From contig CBDIWN010000045.1 in assembly GCA_965285935.1 (NCBI GenBank), positions 1 to 64,000 on the forward strand: 64,000 nucleotides of DNA. Direction: 5' to 3'. Numbering within the stretch: the stretch's first letter is position 1; each line of letters starts with the position of its first letter. The position numbers and the translations under genes are program-made. This DNA comes from Ophelia neglecta (Eukaryota). This document shows positions 39,059 to 52,600 of this stretch, piece after piece. The notes beneath the pieces are model-generated. The model was given only the letters and a program-made list of their open reading frames with translations. It did no database searches and had not been told where the DNA came from.

Positions 39059-40034
39059 CCTTAATGTCGCTGTGTGTGTATAAAACAGTGTCCTGTTTAT
39101 ACCAAGGACGGGAGTGAGAAGTGTCCAATTAGAATATAATACCAATTAGAGGACGCGGCTGACAGAACAAGGTCAGGGTGAAGGATGACTTCAGAACGAG
39201 GCGGGTTAGTAATGGCTTCTGAATCGTACGCACGTCTGAAGTCAACGGCATGACCAATTGAGACGTGTTTGTATAGCTTCTGTTTATTTATTAAAATGTC
39301 AACACTGAGAGTTTTAGAGGGACGGATTTCAGGGGAAGGGGAGGGGGGGGGGAGGGGTGAGAGGGACCGGCGTTAGAGGGAAGGGAGTCAAGGAGATGGG
39401 CGTCTCGGAGACTGGATGTCAGAGAGACGGGGCCCAGCGCACAGGAGCAGGGGGACGAGAGGCAGGGAGACTGGGTGTGTGTGGGATGTGTGCCAACATG
39501 CCTCTAGGGGGGCGGGTGGGGTTGAGGGGAGGGGGAAGGACAGCCATCCCACATCCCCAAAGGAAACCCGACCCCCTATCTACATTTTTTGTCGTGCCGC
39601 ACGGAAAGTTCCACTGAGTATAAACAGTATGACCCTGTTCTCATATTGGGTTCAATACGACATGAAAGCCGCCCAGCTCGCCCTCGGCCAAAAAGATAAA
39701 ATGTCAAATATATACGGTAAGTGCTGTCCTTGAAAGGGAATGATAGACAGGTTTATGGTCGAGGTGGCCGGGCCAACATTGGGGAGGAAGAAACAGGCCA
39801 TGGACGAATAGGACGAGTCAAATAAACAGAGAAAAAGGCGAGAAACTAGCTACAGAAACCATCTTACCAATTCTCATTACTTCTTATCACAGTTTTAAAA
39901 GCTTTGAAGGCGTTTTTTGAGATTGGCGTAGGCCTATAGGCCTAGTGTATTATTTTATCGCCGTTGCGTATTAGATATTAGATTGTTATATACCGTTACA
40001 TACCTACTGGCCACTTAAAGGCATGGGATTAATT

Positions 40035-40218
40035 ATCATAATAATTCTGTATTCATATATTGTATTTTTATTACTGTGATTTTCAGTTTTACCTATGATT
40101 GATTTGCTCCTAATGATATCCGTCTTGTTACCATTTTCCTGTATGTAATGCTGGCCCCTGGGAACAACAGCAGCGCTAACAGGGTGTCCGAGGGATTTTA
40201 TATAAATCAAATAAATCA
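40035..40218 (+). mobile_element. Interspersed repeat, second copy of 29722-29905
   Basis: Reverse-complement match (e.g. tgattgatttgctcctaatgatatccgtcttgttacca). Confidence 0.6.
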
Positions 40219-41161
40219 AAATCGTCGGATATATTTGCCTACTCCCTATATCTAGGTGTTTTTCTTCGGCTACAAATTGGGATAAAAACTCGGCTGCGGC
40301 CTTTTTATACCGCCAATTAGTCTCCAAATTATCCCATAAATTGATATAACTTCTGCCAAACCGAGCCTGCCCTACAGGCCAAATCTCAGCATATCGAGAC
40401 ATTATTTCTTTGGAGCTCTGCATTTTCATAAATTATAGAAATATTCTTGAATTTTTCATTTAAAAAATAAATATTAATGACATTTCCGTCGTGTTTACCC
40501 GTCCGCACTTTCTTGGCGACAAAATGCTGTCACGTATTTTTAAGTAGCTCTGCTACAGTCGGCCACGGCGGGTTGTGGGTCAGTTTATCTCGTGAGACCA
40601 CTTCCTGGGATCAGCGTTGACAGTGATCTATGACCTGCTGACACGGGCCTGTTGACAGTAGCGAGTTGCTACTCTCCAAACCCCGATAACCGATAAAAAC
40701 CACGTGACCTATCATGAGAGACAGGCTGGCGGGAGCCAGGTGAAGGGACCAGTAATCTAATGGATTAATATCACTAAACTATTATAACAACCCCATCCAC
40801 GGGCCAATTTACTCAGTCACGTGACGGATAGGTGAATTATTTATCAAAGAGCTGGTTAAAATAATACATAATATAACACACCCAGGGATAATAACTAAAC
40901 AATTGTAACTAATACTGTTGAAGTGCATCAAATTTAATTCAATACCGCTCAGCCCCTCAGCCTGATAACTAAATTAGTGACATGAAAATCAGCGGGTCGG
41001 TCTAGTATAGAGCTATTGATAGGGCTAATAAAATATACTAGCTTTATATGAATGAAGGAATTAATTGACATATACAGGTACAGGTATTTTGAGACATTGG
41101 CGATGATATTATTATTAACAATGGCTAGACAGGCCGGAAGAAGGTCTCACTGAAATACTGG

Positions 41162-41455
41162 CCATAGGAAACCTCAGTCAAGTTGACTAAGCTAGCTTAT
41201 TCAATTTACTGTGTCCTATTTTCTAAATAAAAAGATAGTCACTGCTAGTCAAACGACTGGTAAAATTAGAGTCAAATGACTAGATTAAAAATAGTCAATT
41301 GACAAATGACTAGACTTAATAAAGTCAACTGACTCCTTCAATCTTAGTCGAGTGACCAGTCTGGGGGGATGAGGCTAGTAAATTGACTACCTTCTTCAGT
41401 CAATTGACTGTGAGTATTCTCTAAGGAAAACGAAGTCAATAGTCTAATGACTAGT
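41162..41455. repeat. Array of ~9 palindromic AGTCAANTGACT motifs with variable spacers; probable MITE
   Basis: agtcaagttgact, agtcaaacgact, agtcaaatgact, agtcaactgact, agtcaattgact etc.; imperfect inverted ends. Confidence 0.6.
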
Positions 41456-41489
41456 TTAGTTAGAATCAAGAAAATGGATATCCGATGTA

Positions 41490-41667
41490 CAGTGAAACCT
41501 GTAAATTGAGACCACCCAAGGGACTGGAAAATACTGGTCTCATTATAGAGGTGGCGTCTTTACACAAGTTATTTTACATTGAAAATGTACAGTATGGTCT
41601 TCATATAAGTGGTCTGAATTGACAGGTGGTCTTAAGATAGAGGAGGTCTTTAAGGCAGGTTCCACTG
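41490..41667. mobile_element. MITE family A, full copy flanked by TA
   Basis: ta|cagtgaaacctg...caggttccactg|ta. Confidence 0.9.
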
Positions 41668-43497
41668 TATAACAAATTGAAACAAATACAGGGTACTTAT
41701 AGCTAACCATTTATTCTCTTCTACAGAGAGATACCACACTTAGTATGAAAATAAAGAAAATACGCAATACATATTCATTTATTTGTCGTGGAGATGTGAG
41801 AAATAATATTGAACTAGGCAGAAGACTTATAGGTCATTCTTTTGCCCATGTGCAGTGTTGACTTATAAGGTGTTAGTATGGACAATTAGCTTGAAAACCT
41901 ACCAATTATTTGCACAACTTCTGTACGCAGGAAGAGAACAGATATAAATAATTTCATGTTTAATTTATTGTTAATATATAAGGGCTTATTTTCAAAATGT
42001 CAGTATGTGCTTTCCTCACATGAATGCTTAATACTGTACAACAAAAGGTATATTTGTTAAATTATATAAAAGAATCATTTTTCTATTTAAGATAGGCCAG
42101 TTCTTGTCGTGATAACACTGGAAGCTTGCGCCTCCCACGTGCTTGTGTATTATTCATTCGCACGAAGAACTGCCTTCATTAAACTTCTTTCTTGGGAGAA
42201 GTAAAACCCATAACGATAACTTTCGAATTCCAGCCAAGCTTCTATTTACGGAAATTAAAAATGAGAAAATAGCAGGTGACTGCGACTATGACAAGTAAGG
42301 ATCTGGTCGCCCCCTTATTATTATTCGTATATTCAATACATTTTTGTTACAGTTCACTCCTAATTCAAAATATCTTGTTTTTTTTGTGGTGAGCTGTTTA
42401 TCTGCTGGTAGTCTATAGTTAGACCTGCTCTGGTGTGTCTGGCTTCCCCTGGGGGCCGAGCCCCGTTGCCCCTTGAGATTGCATGACATTTTCTCGAGAA
42501 CCTTGGTGCCTTTTGGGGGGAAAGGACCCCCAATCATGGGGAGGATGCGGGATGGATGCCTCCGCCCAGGTTCAACAGGGACGTCATAAAAAATATTTGT
42601 GTACAACCTGAAATAGTTACCATAAAACCTCTTATAATTAACTCACCTAAAAATAATTAAATTTTACCCAGTATGCATTATAGCAAGCAGAATATAGATA
42701 TTTATATTATTTGGATTACTAAATTTTCATAGTCTCTATAGTATGTTGTTATGTAGGTGGGCTAATTATTGCAGAGAAAAAATTAATTAAGATTAAATCA
42801 AACTGTACTGCATGAATTCATACAAGATTCCCATTATTGCAGGCATTACCATGATATCTTAATCGATCGAAAGGGATTTTTTTTTTTTTTTAAAAGCATC
42901 AATAACAGTAATAATTCTGGGTTACTGCGAACAAATATATATATTTCCTGGTCATACACCATGAATGTCTTTGGATCGGACCTTCCTCGATCTGGGAAGG
43001 GGGGAGGGGGGGGGGGCTCTGACCCAAGCACTTCACCCTCACGGTACCCCATCTGGCTCTGGGACAGCTCGTGGTAGTCCAGGGGACTGGGTCCGGGAGC
43101 TGGGGTCCTGGGTTTCCCCTTCTATAGGCACTTAATTAATAACTCTTCATGGTGAGTGGTCAGTCTTGCCTCTGAACATCTGCATGGTGTCTATCCGCTC
43201 GTATTCTGCCGTTAAGTGAGTTAATAATATTTTAATTTATTTTCACATATTTGGTGTGAAATGAAAGTAAGCTAGTGATTTTTTCTAAAATGAAGCGTCT
43301 GCCAAAAAAGAAATTGCTGTGCGCTTACAATTTCATTAATTTCTCAAAGATTTGCTCCAAGTCAAACAAATTGTGTTTGAAAACACAAAGCAAAGGATAT
43401 AAAACAGAGGCGCCGCCATAATTAGACCATCACTGGACGATAGGCCTTCAATGTGAAATGGTGGGCATTAACCATCTGACGGCAGAGACCTGCGGAT

Positions 43498-43698
43498 GGC
43501 AGTGACCTGTTTACGGCAGTGACCTGTTTACGGCAGTGACCTGCTAACGGTAGTGACCTGCTGACGGCAGTGACCTGTTTACGGCAGTGACCTGTTTACG
43601 GCAATGACCTGTTTACGGCAGTGACCCGCTGACGGCAGTGGCCTGTTTACGGCAGTGACCTGTTTACGGCAGTGGCCTGTTTACGGCAGTGACCTGCT
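43498..43698. repeat. 17-bp tandem repeat (ggcagtgacctgtttac) x~12
   Basis: Direct repeats. Confidence 0.95.
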
Positions 43699-45677
43699 AT
43701 TAGCCGGTATACGTTATCTGTTTGTCAAAGATCTCCACCCATAGGTGTGACAATTATCTGCCGAAAATATAAAAATTGATTTGATATTTCGAACTGCATA
43801 GAACCCATGGAACCTTGTATGAACTAAGGCTTAGAATAGAAAGACTGAAACTCGTAATATGTTGACTGAGAGTTGTTTTAATAAATAACAATGGTCCATT
43901 CTTTTCAAAACAAACTCAATTTGCGAGCTATGTCTGAACGAAAACACTATTTGGCTTTCTAAATGTGGGTCTATCTATTCCGCCAGCCACCTGTCCTTTC
44001 GTCTATAGTCAATGTCCGGGGCCATTTCATGCCATTTTGTAATCTGGTAATTTGGGTGATTACCTAAATGTATGTTACATCAAAGAGACAACGAGCTTTG
44101 TGTCGTCCATTGTTAGCAAGCTCCATTAGCTCGTTACCGAGAGAGCCAGAGAAAAGTTATCTTTTAAATCAATCACTTCACTGCAGACACGTGTACTCGG
44201 GGGACACAGGGGCCCGGGGGACATGGGGGGCCGGCGATAGGGGAACATTGCGTGTGGTCCTGACGGACAGGCTCTCAAACAACTCATGACTCCCCAAGGT
44301 ATATACACATGTCAGCTGCCATATCAAACAAATTTGTATTCTCAAGTTTACTGTTCAACAAAATAATCAGTTCTGCTGTAATATAATATTTAACATTAAC
44401 GGTAATAATTAATTAAGACACAGTTGATCAAAATGTCAATAAATGATAGAAGTTAACTGTCCTGAGAACTTAAATGGCACCGACGATACAAAATATCCCA
44501 ACACTTATGGTTTCAGGGTATTAACTTGGTTTCACGATGAATGATTTTTCAGTTAAATCTTTGTTTGTGCGACGGAGTGAAAAACGCACCATTCGCTTAC
44601 CCAAGCCATTTAACTAATCTGTACAACTTGTCTAATCATTCATGCAGATTTAAAACTAACTGGTTGTATGTGATACAAATAAAGTCGACGGTATTTTTGC
44701 GCATAAAAAACATGTTGTAAGCAGACGATTTGATGTAAATTCAACTCAAAACAGGTTATTACTGCATTTTGATTTACTCGCTTTACTAGATGATAATTGT
44801 TTCTGCTGCATACACAAATCGGAACAGCGCCAGAGGATAACTGTGGAATAACATGGCAATTCGTGATCATATAGAAACCCTATATAAAAAGAATCGATAG
44901 TGTAATAGCTCTATTGGTCTATCTCTCCTGAAAATCCTTGAAATTTGATTCACATTTTGGTCAGGTTTAGCACAGACTAAATCTACCGTCATTAGTTTTT
45001 TTTTTTTTTTTTTTTTGAAAAATCATTTCTGATGCATATATACAATCTTTAATTTAGCAATATTCATATGGATATATATGCCAGTGCATGAATAGCCTGT
45101 ACCTCAACTAAACGACTTACTGGTAGATATAACGTAAGTTAATTAAGAAATGGGCCTAATTGGACATTTACGACTGTCTTCAGGCAGGAAACGTCTTTAA
45201 ATCCAAGCGCGAGCACTAAAAGTGGCCCCTATTTTTTATAGCACGACTTAAACACGTAAGAGTTGATATGTATTTGCAAGAAAGCCACTGTAATTATATC
45301 TAGGTTTGATGTACCTCCGGCTTGACGTGGTAATTTGGGGCCTTCTAAATTATGTATAATTGTCAGTGTAAGAACCCAGTGTGTGCACTGACTGTGAAGA
45401 AGCTCCATTAATTGATGTCATATTTAATTTGTATGTGTCTGTGTGCTTTCTCATAAACTGTAAAGTATCGAACAAAAAAAGGTTATGTCTATAGAGTTTT
45501 GTTCTTCAATGTATTTGATATGCATGTTTTTATCATAGTATAGCGCGAGCAGCAAAAACACGTGGCCTGCTGGGAGAAAGACGACATTATGTATAAAACG
45601 TTAACAAAAACACAATCTATTGACACCAAATTTATTTATGATAGGGCTCAATTTATGACAAAAATGACACAGTAAAT

Positions 45678-45847
45678 NNNNNNNNNNNNNNNNNNNNNNN
45701 NNNNNNNNNNNNNNNNNNNNNNNNNNNNNNNNNNNNNNNNNNNNNNNNNNNNNNNNNNNNNNNNNNNNNNNNNNNNNNNNNNNNNNNNNNNNNNNNNNNN
45801 NNNNNNNNNNNNNNNNNNNNNNNNNNNNNNNNNNNNNNNNNNNNNNN
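45678..45847. other. Assembly gap (N run)
   Basis: N bases. Confidence 1.
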
Positions 45848-46594
45848 ACGCTTTAAAAATCATTATTTCCTTTACTACTTTCGGCAGCATTCTGTCTTCG
45901 CAAAAGGCTGCATACACAATGGTAGCATAAATATAGAACCACGGACTGTGACAATAACAGAAAGTATTCGTAATCTGCAGACATTATTTCTGAGCTGAAT
46001 TGGGTTTCCCTTGCCATTATACCTGAAACTGAAATCAGAAATTCCGCTAAGAGGTTAAATGTAAAACTGAACTACATTCTTATTTAAGATTTGGTATCTC
46101 GTGCGTAGAGTCAGCCTTGAAAAGAACAAAAAATTACTGCTGATTAATTATAAATAAAACCACGTCCGGTCGGCGTGGTTTCAGGTGTCCTCGCGAGGCT
46201 TAGTTCGTGTCGCTGCAATTCTTTCTACGGCAGATACCTCGTTCGGTTGCCAAGGAAACGTAATTCACGAGTAATTGAGAAGCGGCGTGGTGTGTGTAGA
46301 GAGAGGAAGTCGAGTAGCAGGCGTGTATGATCGAGCGGGGATCAGGTCGGTGGGCGAGACATCGTCAGCGAGTGATAATGAGGGACTATCGTGTCTGGCC
46401 GGCACTTACCAGCACGCTGACACCTGAGGCTGGCACAATTATGACAATAAGAGGTTTTAATATGAGTGGCCAACCAATTAACACCAAGTCTAGCGGCTTA
46501 ATTTGTATTCTAGGCGCGGAGAATATTAGTTCTTTTACTGTCAGATATCACAGTTACCTGTTTTAAGCTAATTTCAGAACGAAAAGTGCACGTA

Positions 46595-46843
46595 CAGTGA
46601 AACCTGCCTTAACGACCACCTCTTTAATAAGACCACCTGCCAATTCAAATCACTAATCTAAGGACCGTGCTGTATTCTTCCGATAATATTAATTGCTTAA
46701 TAACCTGTCTAATCAGACCACCTCCAAAATCAGACCAGTATTTTCCAGTCCCTTCGGTGGTCTTAATTCACAGGTTTTACTGTACGTGCACTTTAAGACA
46801 GGTGGTCTTATTAAAGAGGTGGTCGTTAAGGCAGGTTTCACTG
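46595..46843. mobile_element. MITE family A (46595-46782) plus inverted duplication of its left end
   Basis: TIRs with TA flanks; 46799-46843 is the reverse complement of 46595-46639. Confidence 0.85.
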
Positions 46844-49199
46844 TATATCTTAATTAAAGTCCTAGGCCTCCTGCTAAGTCACTCGGCGTGCTGCCATCAA
46901 TATCTTGGCTGTTCTTCCGCTAGAAGTATTTCGTACACCTGCGCTTGTATACGCTGTCAATAGACTTAACTAAATCATTCCATCTGATTTCGAAGCACGG
47001 GCTCTCTGGTATATCTTTGTTTTCATTTGTTAAGAGTGTTGAATACAATGAAGGGAATGGGACTTTGACCAGCCTATTTCAATCGCTATTCGGCTCGGTG
47101 CTTTGTCAGAAGTTGGTTTGCGGATCGTTTGAGGACAAGACAAACATAGTTGATGGTGTATTGTTGTGGAGAGGCTTACTGGTGGCAGGGACCACGGGAG
47201 TGATAGCCAGCTCGGCCTGAGAGTGTCTTACATCTCCCAGGATGTAAGGGACAATAGACAGGAAGATCTAGGCGAGATGCTGAGAGCCCGGGGAAGGCTA
47301 TTCCAGCCCACTGCCCCCGGACAAAGCCGTGGAAAGCCGGAGACAATACCCGGGTAGCCTCTCACAGCCCGGGAGAAAACGCCCCCTGCCGAGACAACTG
47401 TTTAACTAGCTCTCATCTCTCACTTCAAACGACAACACAATATTCCGCCCTCGAGATTCCGTCGAGATTCGCTGTTTTTCTGCCGTGGAGTGGTATCCTA
47501 GACGGCCCGAGTGCCTGCGGACGACTTAGCCGGGTCTCTCCTCTCGGAGACTCTCTGTCCCGGGGCCTCTATTGTCCCTTATTATTCGCTTCAAAGTGGG
47601 TGCTGTCATGCGATGCGATAAACATTAGTTTAGGCTAGTTTACAGTTCGCTCACGTCTTGATAATGTCAGGCCTATAAAACACGTCCTAAAACATCTTCT
47701 CAACGACCACGCTCACACAACAACTCCATATATAATAGTTGTCCTCACGTAACTGTATTAATTAATTCAAATTGCCTAACGCTGGGTCGAAGCTTGCTCG
47801 GCTGTGGATGTGACAAGACTATCTTGTCGTGTAAGGGTAACCTACACCCCTCTCTCCGGGAGTATCCCGCCCCCAGGAATTCGCTCTGGCTGGCTCTGAT
47901 ACCGCATCAATCCTGATAAAGACGGGATAAAGACGGGATAAAGAGGGGATAAAGCGATCCCACACGGACTCATCTCCCCGGTGATATGGCTGCTCTCGTT
48001 TGATCACCATCTCCCAGCAAAACCTCGCTCTTTAAAGTTCTAACTCGCGGGATTCACAATATTAATGTGATATCTTTTCATAAACAAACTCGGTCTAATC
48101 TACGCCTGCGATAAGCCATGGTCATTCTCCGGCGAGCTCCTTCACGCCTCACTGAATTCAAAACTCATTAGATTCAAATCCTTACAGTTTGACATTTCCC
48201 AATAACCGTCAGTGGAACGAGACAGTAACAAAATGTAATATCGAATCGAGCTCAATTCAAATCACAGATAAATAAATATTCTTCAAATATTAACCTATTT
48301 CTAAATGTCACACATGGCACGTTTTCCAATTTTCTCACAAAACCGGAGTAATATGTGCGGAGGGCCAGATGGTTGACAGTTTGAAGTTAAATCGAATTAA
48401 CCGTATTCTACAATAGCCAATCATATTATAGAAAAGCTAGCCGCTGTACAAACATAGCCAATGGAATCTAATATAATCGGCTCACACGGGGGTTAGACTG
48501 GGAGTTGACTGGGGAGGGGGAAAACGGGACAATGGCTTTGTAAGGTGCTAGTGTCACGTGACAGGGTCTAATAACGTGGCCTGTCGATGTCGTAACAACG
48601 TGACGCACGGCAGATCGCCCGAGAATACATCACTATATACGAGTTACCCACAGCCGGAGTCAAATCACGTGGGATTTAATGAATATTCGTCTGTCCGCCG
48701 GTTTTAAACAGCTTCAAAACTAGTAAAAATCGGCCGACATCGCCTGCCCGGGTACCGGTGATGTCCCTGCCAAATTTACGATGAACAGTCTACACAATGG
48801 CAAATCGAAAAATTCAATAGGGCGCTGAAGTCCACACTTCATATCTCCATAAAAAATAAATGAGTTTTTCTTAAGCTTTGTTTATCAAACTTACGCCTAG
48901 CGTGTGTGTGCCCGATGAAAATATAAGCGGCTAGTATTTTTTAAATTGTATAGTTCGACCACGATTTGCAGTCTTGTGGAGTGTGTTTACTATTAAATTG
49001 GGACGTTTATCACCACAATTCGGGCGCCAGCCTAACCGAATATCAACGTTCACACGATGCATTAATTAAAGCAAGTCAGTAATTGCGATACAGTCGACCG
49101 GGCGGCGTTACCATGACGACGAGCAGATGACCCGTCTTCTGCAGATCCAATGCGTTCGGCTGCGCCGTGTTCGTTAGACGTTTATCAAAGGCAGGCCGA

Positions 49200-49617
49200 G
49201 GTTAATTGAAATTATCTCCGGCCAATCAGGGCTCAGATCCAGCCCACGTGACCAAAGACCAGTTAACGATGAATTCTCAACCCCGACAGTTTTGAGGAGT
49301 AAAATTCGCCCTTTTCCTGACAAACAGATGAATTCTGGGTGACAAATACAGGTTAGTACCTATTCTTGCTACAGACCCAGTATATTTTCGTAGGCAGAGC
49401 GCTCCCAGTCGGATAACAAGGCATTTGTTTACAACCTACACTCCGGCACTCCACAACTAATTAACATGCAGCCACAGTGTGGATTCAAGATGGCTGAACG
49501 TAGGAAGCTATGGCTCATCGTCCGAAGAAATCACGAAAATTGGATTGTTTAGCGTCTTCGCAGCCGTTTGATATTCAGTGTAAAGACCGATGAATGGTTT
49601 TCGTACAAGATGTAAGT
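49200..49617 (+). promoter_or_regulatory. Candidate promoter / non-coding first exon of PCGF gene 2
   Basis: CpG-rich region with GCCAATCA (~49222), CACGTG (~49245), YY1-like CAAGATGGC (~49487) and a GTAAGT donor at 49612. The first coding exon has an acceptor upstream of its ATG, so a 5' exon is expected somewhere upstream. Confidence 0.3.
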
Positions 49618-52600
49618 ATTTATTATCGTTTAGCGCACCGTTTTACGCGGTATTGGGTTGCAGATTTGACGGCAGTAACTGCGGTTTGCGGTCGGCCAGA
49701 GAGCTGTCAATGTGGTTGATCTCGGCACTGTATGCGGGTGTACGTGTGTGCTAGGAGTACGTGTATAGAACTAACCACTTCAACAGCAAGCTATTGTGTG
49801 TATTTATATACGAGACTTGGGTTAATACGGAGAGAGCGGGCTAGGCCTGCTGGCCAAACTATATCTTATATTAAATATAAATCTTTAGCTGTAGCAGGGA
49901 GGCGATGAATGTGTTAATTTGACGATCGGCTAGGTCGTTAACCCTTTGATCTCGGAGTTGACTGCCAGTGTTATCTCCCTCCTTCAAGGAGTTAACCCTC
50001 CCCCACGGAACTCCAGATGTCTTCATACGCCAAGACGAGATAAGATACCCGATCATGTTCACACATTACTGAACTCAGTGAACCACCGGCGGTGATTTGA
50101 CAATTTAAAGTAAAACTTGTTTTTTACGCAGTTTATTTTATGTATTTGGGACACCGTCAGACGAATTCGGATTGGTCTGAAGCAATACACAAATCTACCG
50201 AGCTGTCAATTTTCAATTTAAATTTGCCAACCGGGAGTTGGCAGTTTTAAATAATTAGGTTTGTTTATTGTTTCGGAGCTCCATATGTCGCCTGCGGCGC
50301 CTGTTTGCTATAATAGCTGTCAGGATCATGGGAGGGTGGTTTTGGCGGGAAAGTGGGATCAAAATGTCGGCAGGTGACCTAGTAACTGGGTAGATGGGCG
50401 GTCGGCGATGTGACAAGGACAAAAGAGCGAACGGACCTCGGATCTTCAGCCCGCCGGACATAGCACTGTTTATTCACTTGATTAAACGTGACAAGTCCGC
50501 CGTGGTCAGTTGTAAAGCCAGGAGACATGCGAGTTTGGGTATCTTCCCCGTACATTGTCGAGCCCGGTGGGGTACCTTCACGCGAGGTTTTCTTACAGGG
50601 CGACCAGCCAGCGCGATAGGGGTCCACCCGACAGCCACTCGCTGGAAAACCAAGGAAACACACCACCCATATAATACACAATCAAGTGTATATACCTAAA
50701 CGACAACAAGTCCAGTTTATAGCCCCTGCTAGTGGTGTCGTTAGGACCTCCTGGTTTTGTTTGTTCAAAGCCTACAGCCAGTATTTGATTTGATCTGTTC
50801 TTCTGTCAGATCCGAATCACGTTTTAAAATGGTAACCTCAACAATTTACATGTACAATGGCCGGTTCTGGTAACCTTCAAAGCGGAACTTAGTGTAGCTG
50901 ATATAGGCCTATAATAGGAATATTTAGTACCGATAGGTTTATTGTTCACATTTCACATAATATGGTTGCCCCTGATACGTGGATGGCGTACGGAGGTGTT
51001 GAATGTCAGCATTAGAGGCGGAAGTGCATGGTGGCTTGCGACACGATCAGGGAAGTGGGGCTATCCACAGTTCAAATCTCGAGCCTTCGGTAATAATATC
51101 AGCTCTCTCAGCCCTACAGACCTACACGGACCAACGAGTAGAATATTATACAGACGTGAAACTTCCTCGGTCGGTTTTCGAGGGATTTTACATTAAAAGA
51201 AACTCGTGCTTAAATATACGTGTCAGCTAATTGTAAGATATTCTTATATAACTGTTAGAGCTACGTAGGCCTATTAGCAGCTATTTTGCATAGGGGCCTA
51301 TGTGTGTGGACATATGGTCAGAGGCCTCCTCGTGGTAGGCCTACCGACGACAGAAACCCCTGAGGTAGAGATCTCGAGCTGACATCCCATGTGTTGTTCC
51401 TTGTACTGTACTGGGTTTTTCCATGTTCTAAGTAGCCAGGGCTCAATGACTCTACCTACTCAACTGAGCAGAAGTCCAAGCTCGGTCTAATCTTCGTGTT
51501 CATACGCTAGGCAAGTCTGTTATCACTCTCGTAGTCCAGGCAGAAGATTATCAAAGGATTGTCTGATGATTTCGTACAGTAGATTTAGGCCGGTTGAGCA
51601 ATGGGCTTGCCTTTGGGTCAAAAGATGAGATACCCTCTTCCACCCTGTCTGCTCAGGGTAAGCTCCCCCGCCCCACTCCCCGAGGGAGTGTGGATGATAA
51701 CCCCTGGCGGGATGGTTAAGATTACCCACCCTCGGGGCCCTATGAACGCTGATAACCCCTGGCGGAGATAGTCGGCGCGACTCGCCCTAGGGTACCCTAG
51801 AGACTATATAGAGACAGTATTTGATGACAGATAACACGTCTATCTCCGAGATCTGTCCAATCTTAAAATCTTCTATAAACACATATAATCTCATGTCTCA
51901 GATCAGAACCGAGCTCATATTTGGTGAGAGCCCTGTAAGATGTCTATGACATAGAATCTCGCCCTGCATATCAGTACTCTCGGGTTGTTGTATTCTATTG
52001 GGCTGTGTAAACTGTTATCACCCATCAGATCCTCTATCCGTGCATAACACAACCCTGTTCATACCCTCCCCCCTTCCTACACCATCCTCCACCTCATACC
52101 TCGCCCCCTCAGACCCCATACACCCCCTCAGGCGGGTTAAATGCCCCTCTTTGTATACAGATCACGCTGACCCCCGATTTTACTCCTCCAAATTACCCCC
52201 CACCCCGCCCCTTTAGAGGGTGTTGTAGATCTCGTTTCTCGAAATGTCTCTATACCCTATCACCGGACCCCTCCCGCGGGGATTACGTCATCGACTAGTG
52301 ATCGCCGCATTTGTGTAAACACCCATATTACGTCACCATGGTAACGAGTTTGATATAGGTGACATATTTATCTGGCCTTAATAAACTTAATAAACAGTGG
52401 TTTGACACGACCAAGCTGTGCATTGTACGGAGCTAAGTGTCATTGTACATGGGTTTAAATGTCACTAAATAGACAGTTTGTTATTTATAACCAGACAGAC
52501 GGTGATTGTATAGGGCTGTACGGTGGCCTGGGTAGCCGGGGTGTGGACCAGTTCACTCTATTTTACAGGTCAGAGCATCTTAACATAGGTATCTCCAGAA

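Noticed and set aside
41162-41455. Palindromic repeat-spacer pattern as CRISPR
   Set aside because: Repeats are only 12-13 bp, spacers are irregular, and the context is eukaryotic.
30736-45917. ORFs containing X runs
   Set aside because: Artefacts of reading through assembly gaps.
51010-51090. B-box-like GTTCAAATC (also GGTTCGAACC near 53912) suggesting tRNA or SINE
   Set aside because: No cloverleaf or convincing A-box spacing, and no second copy in the window.
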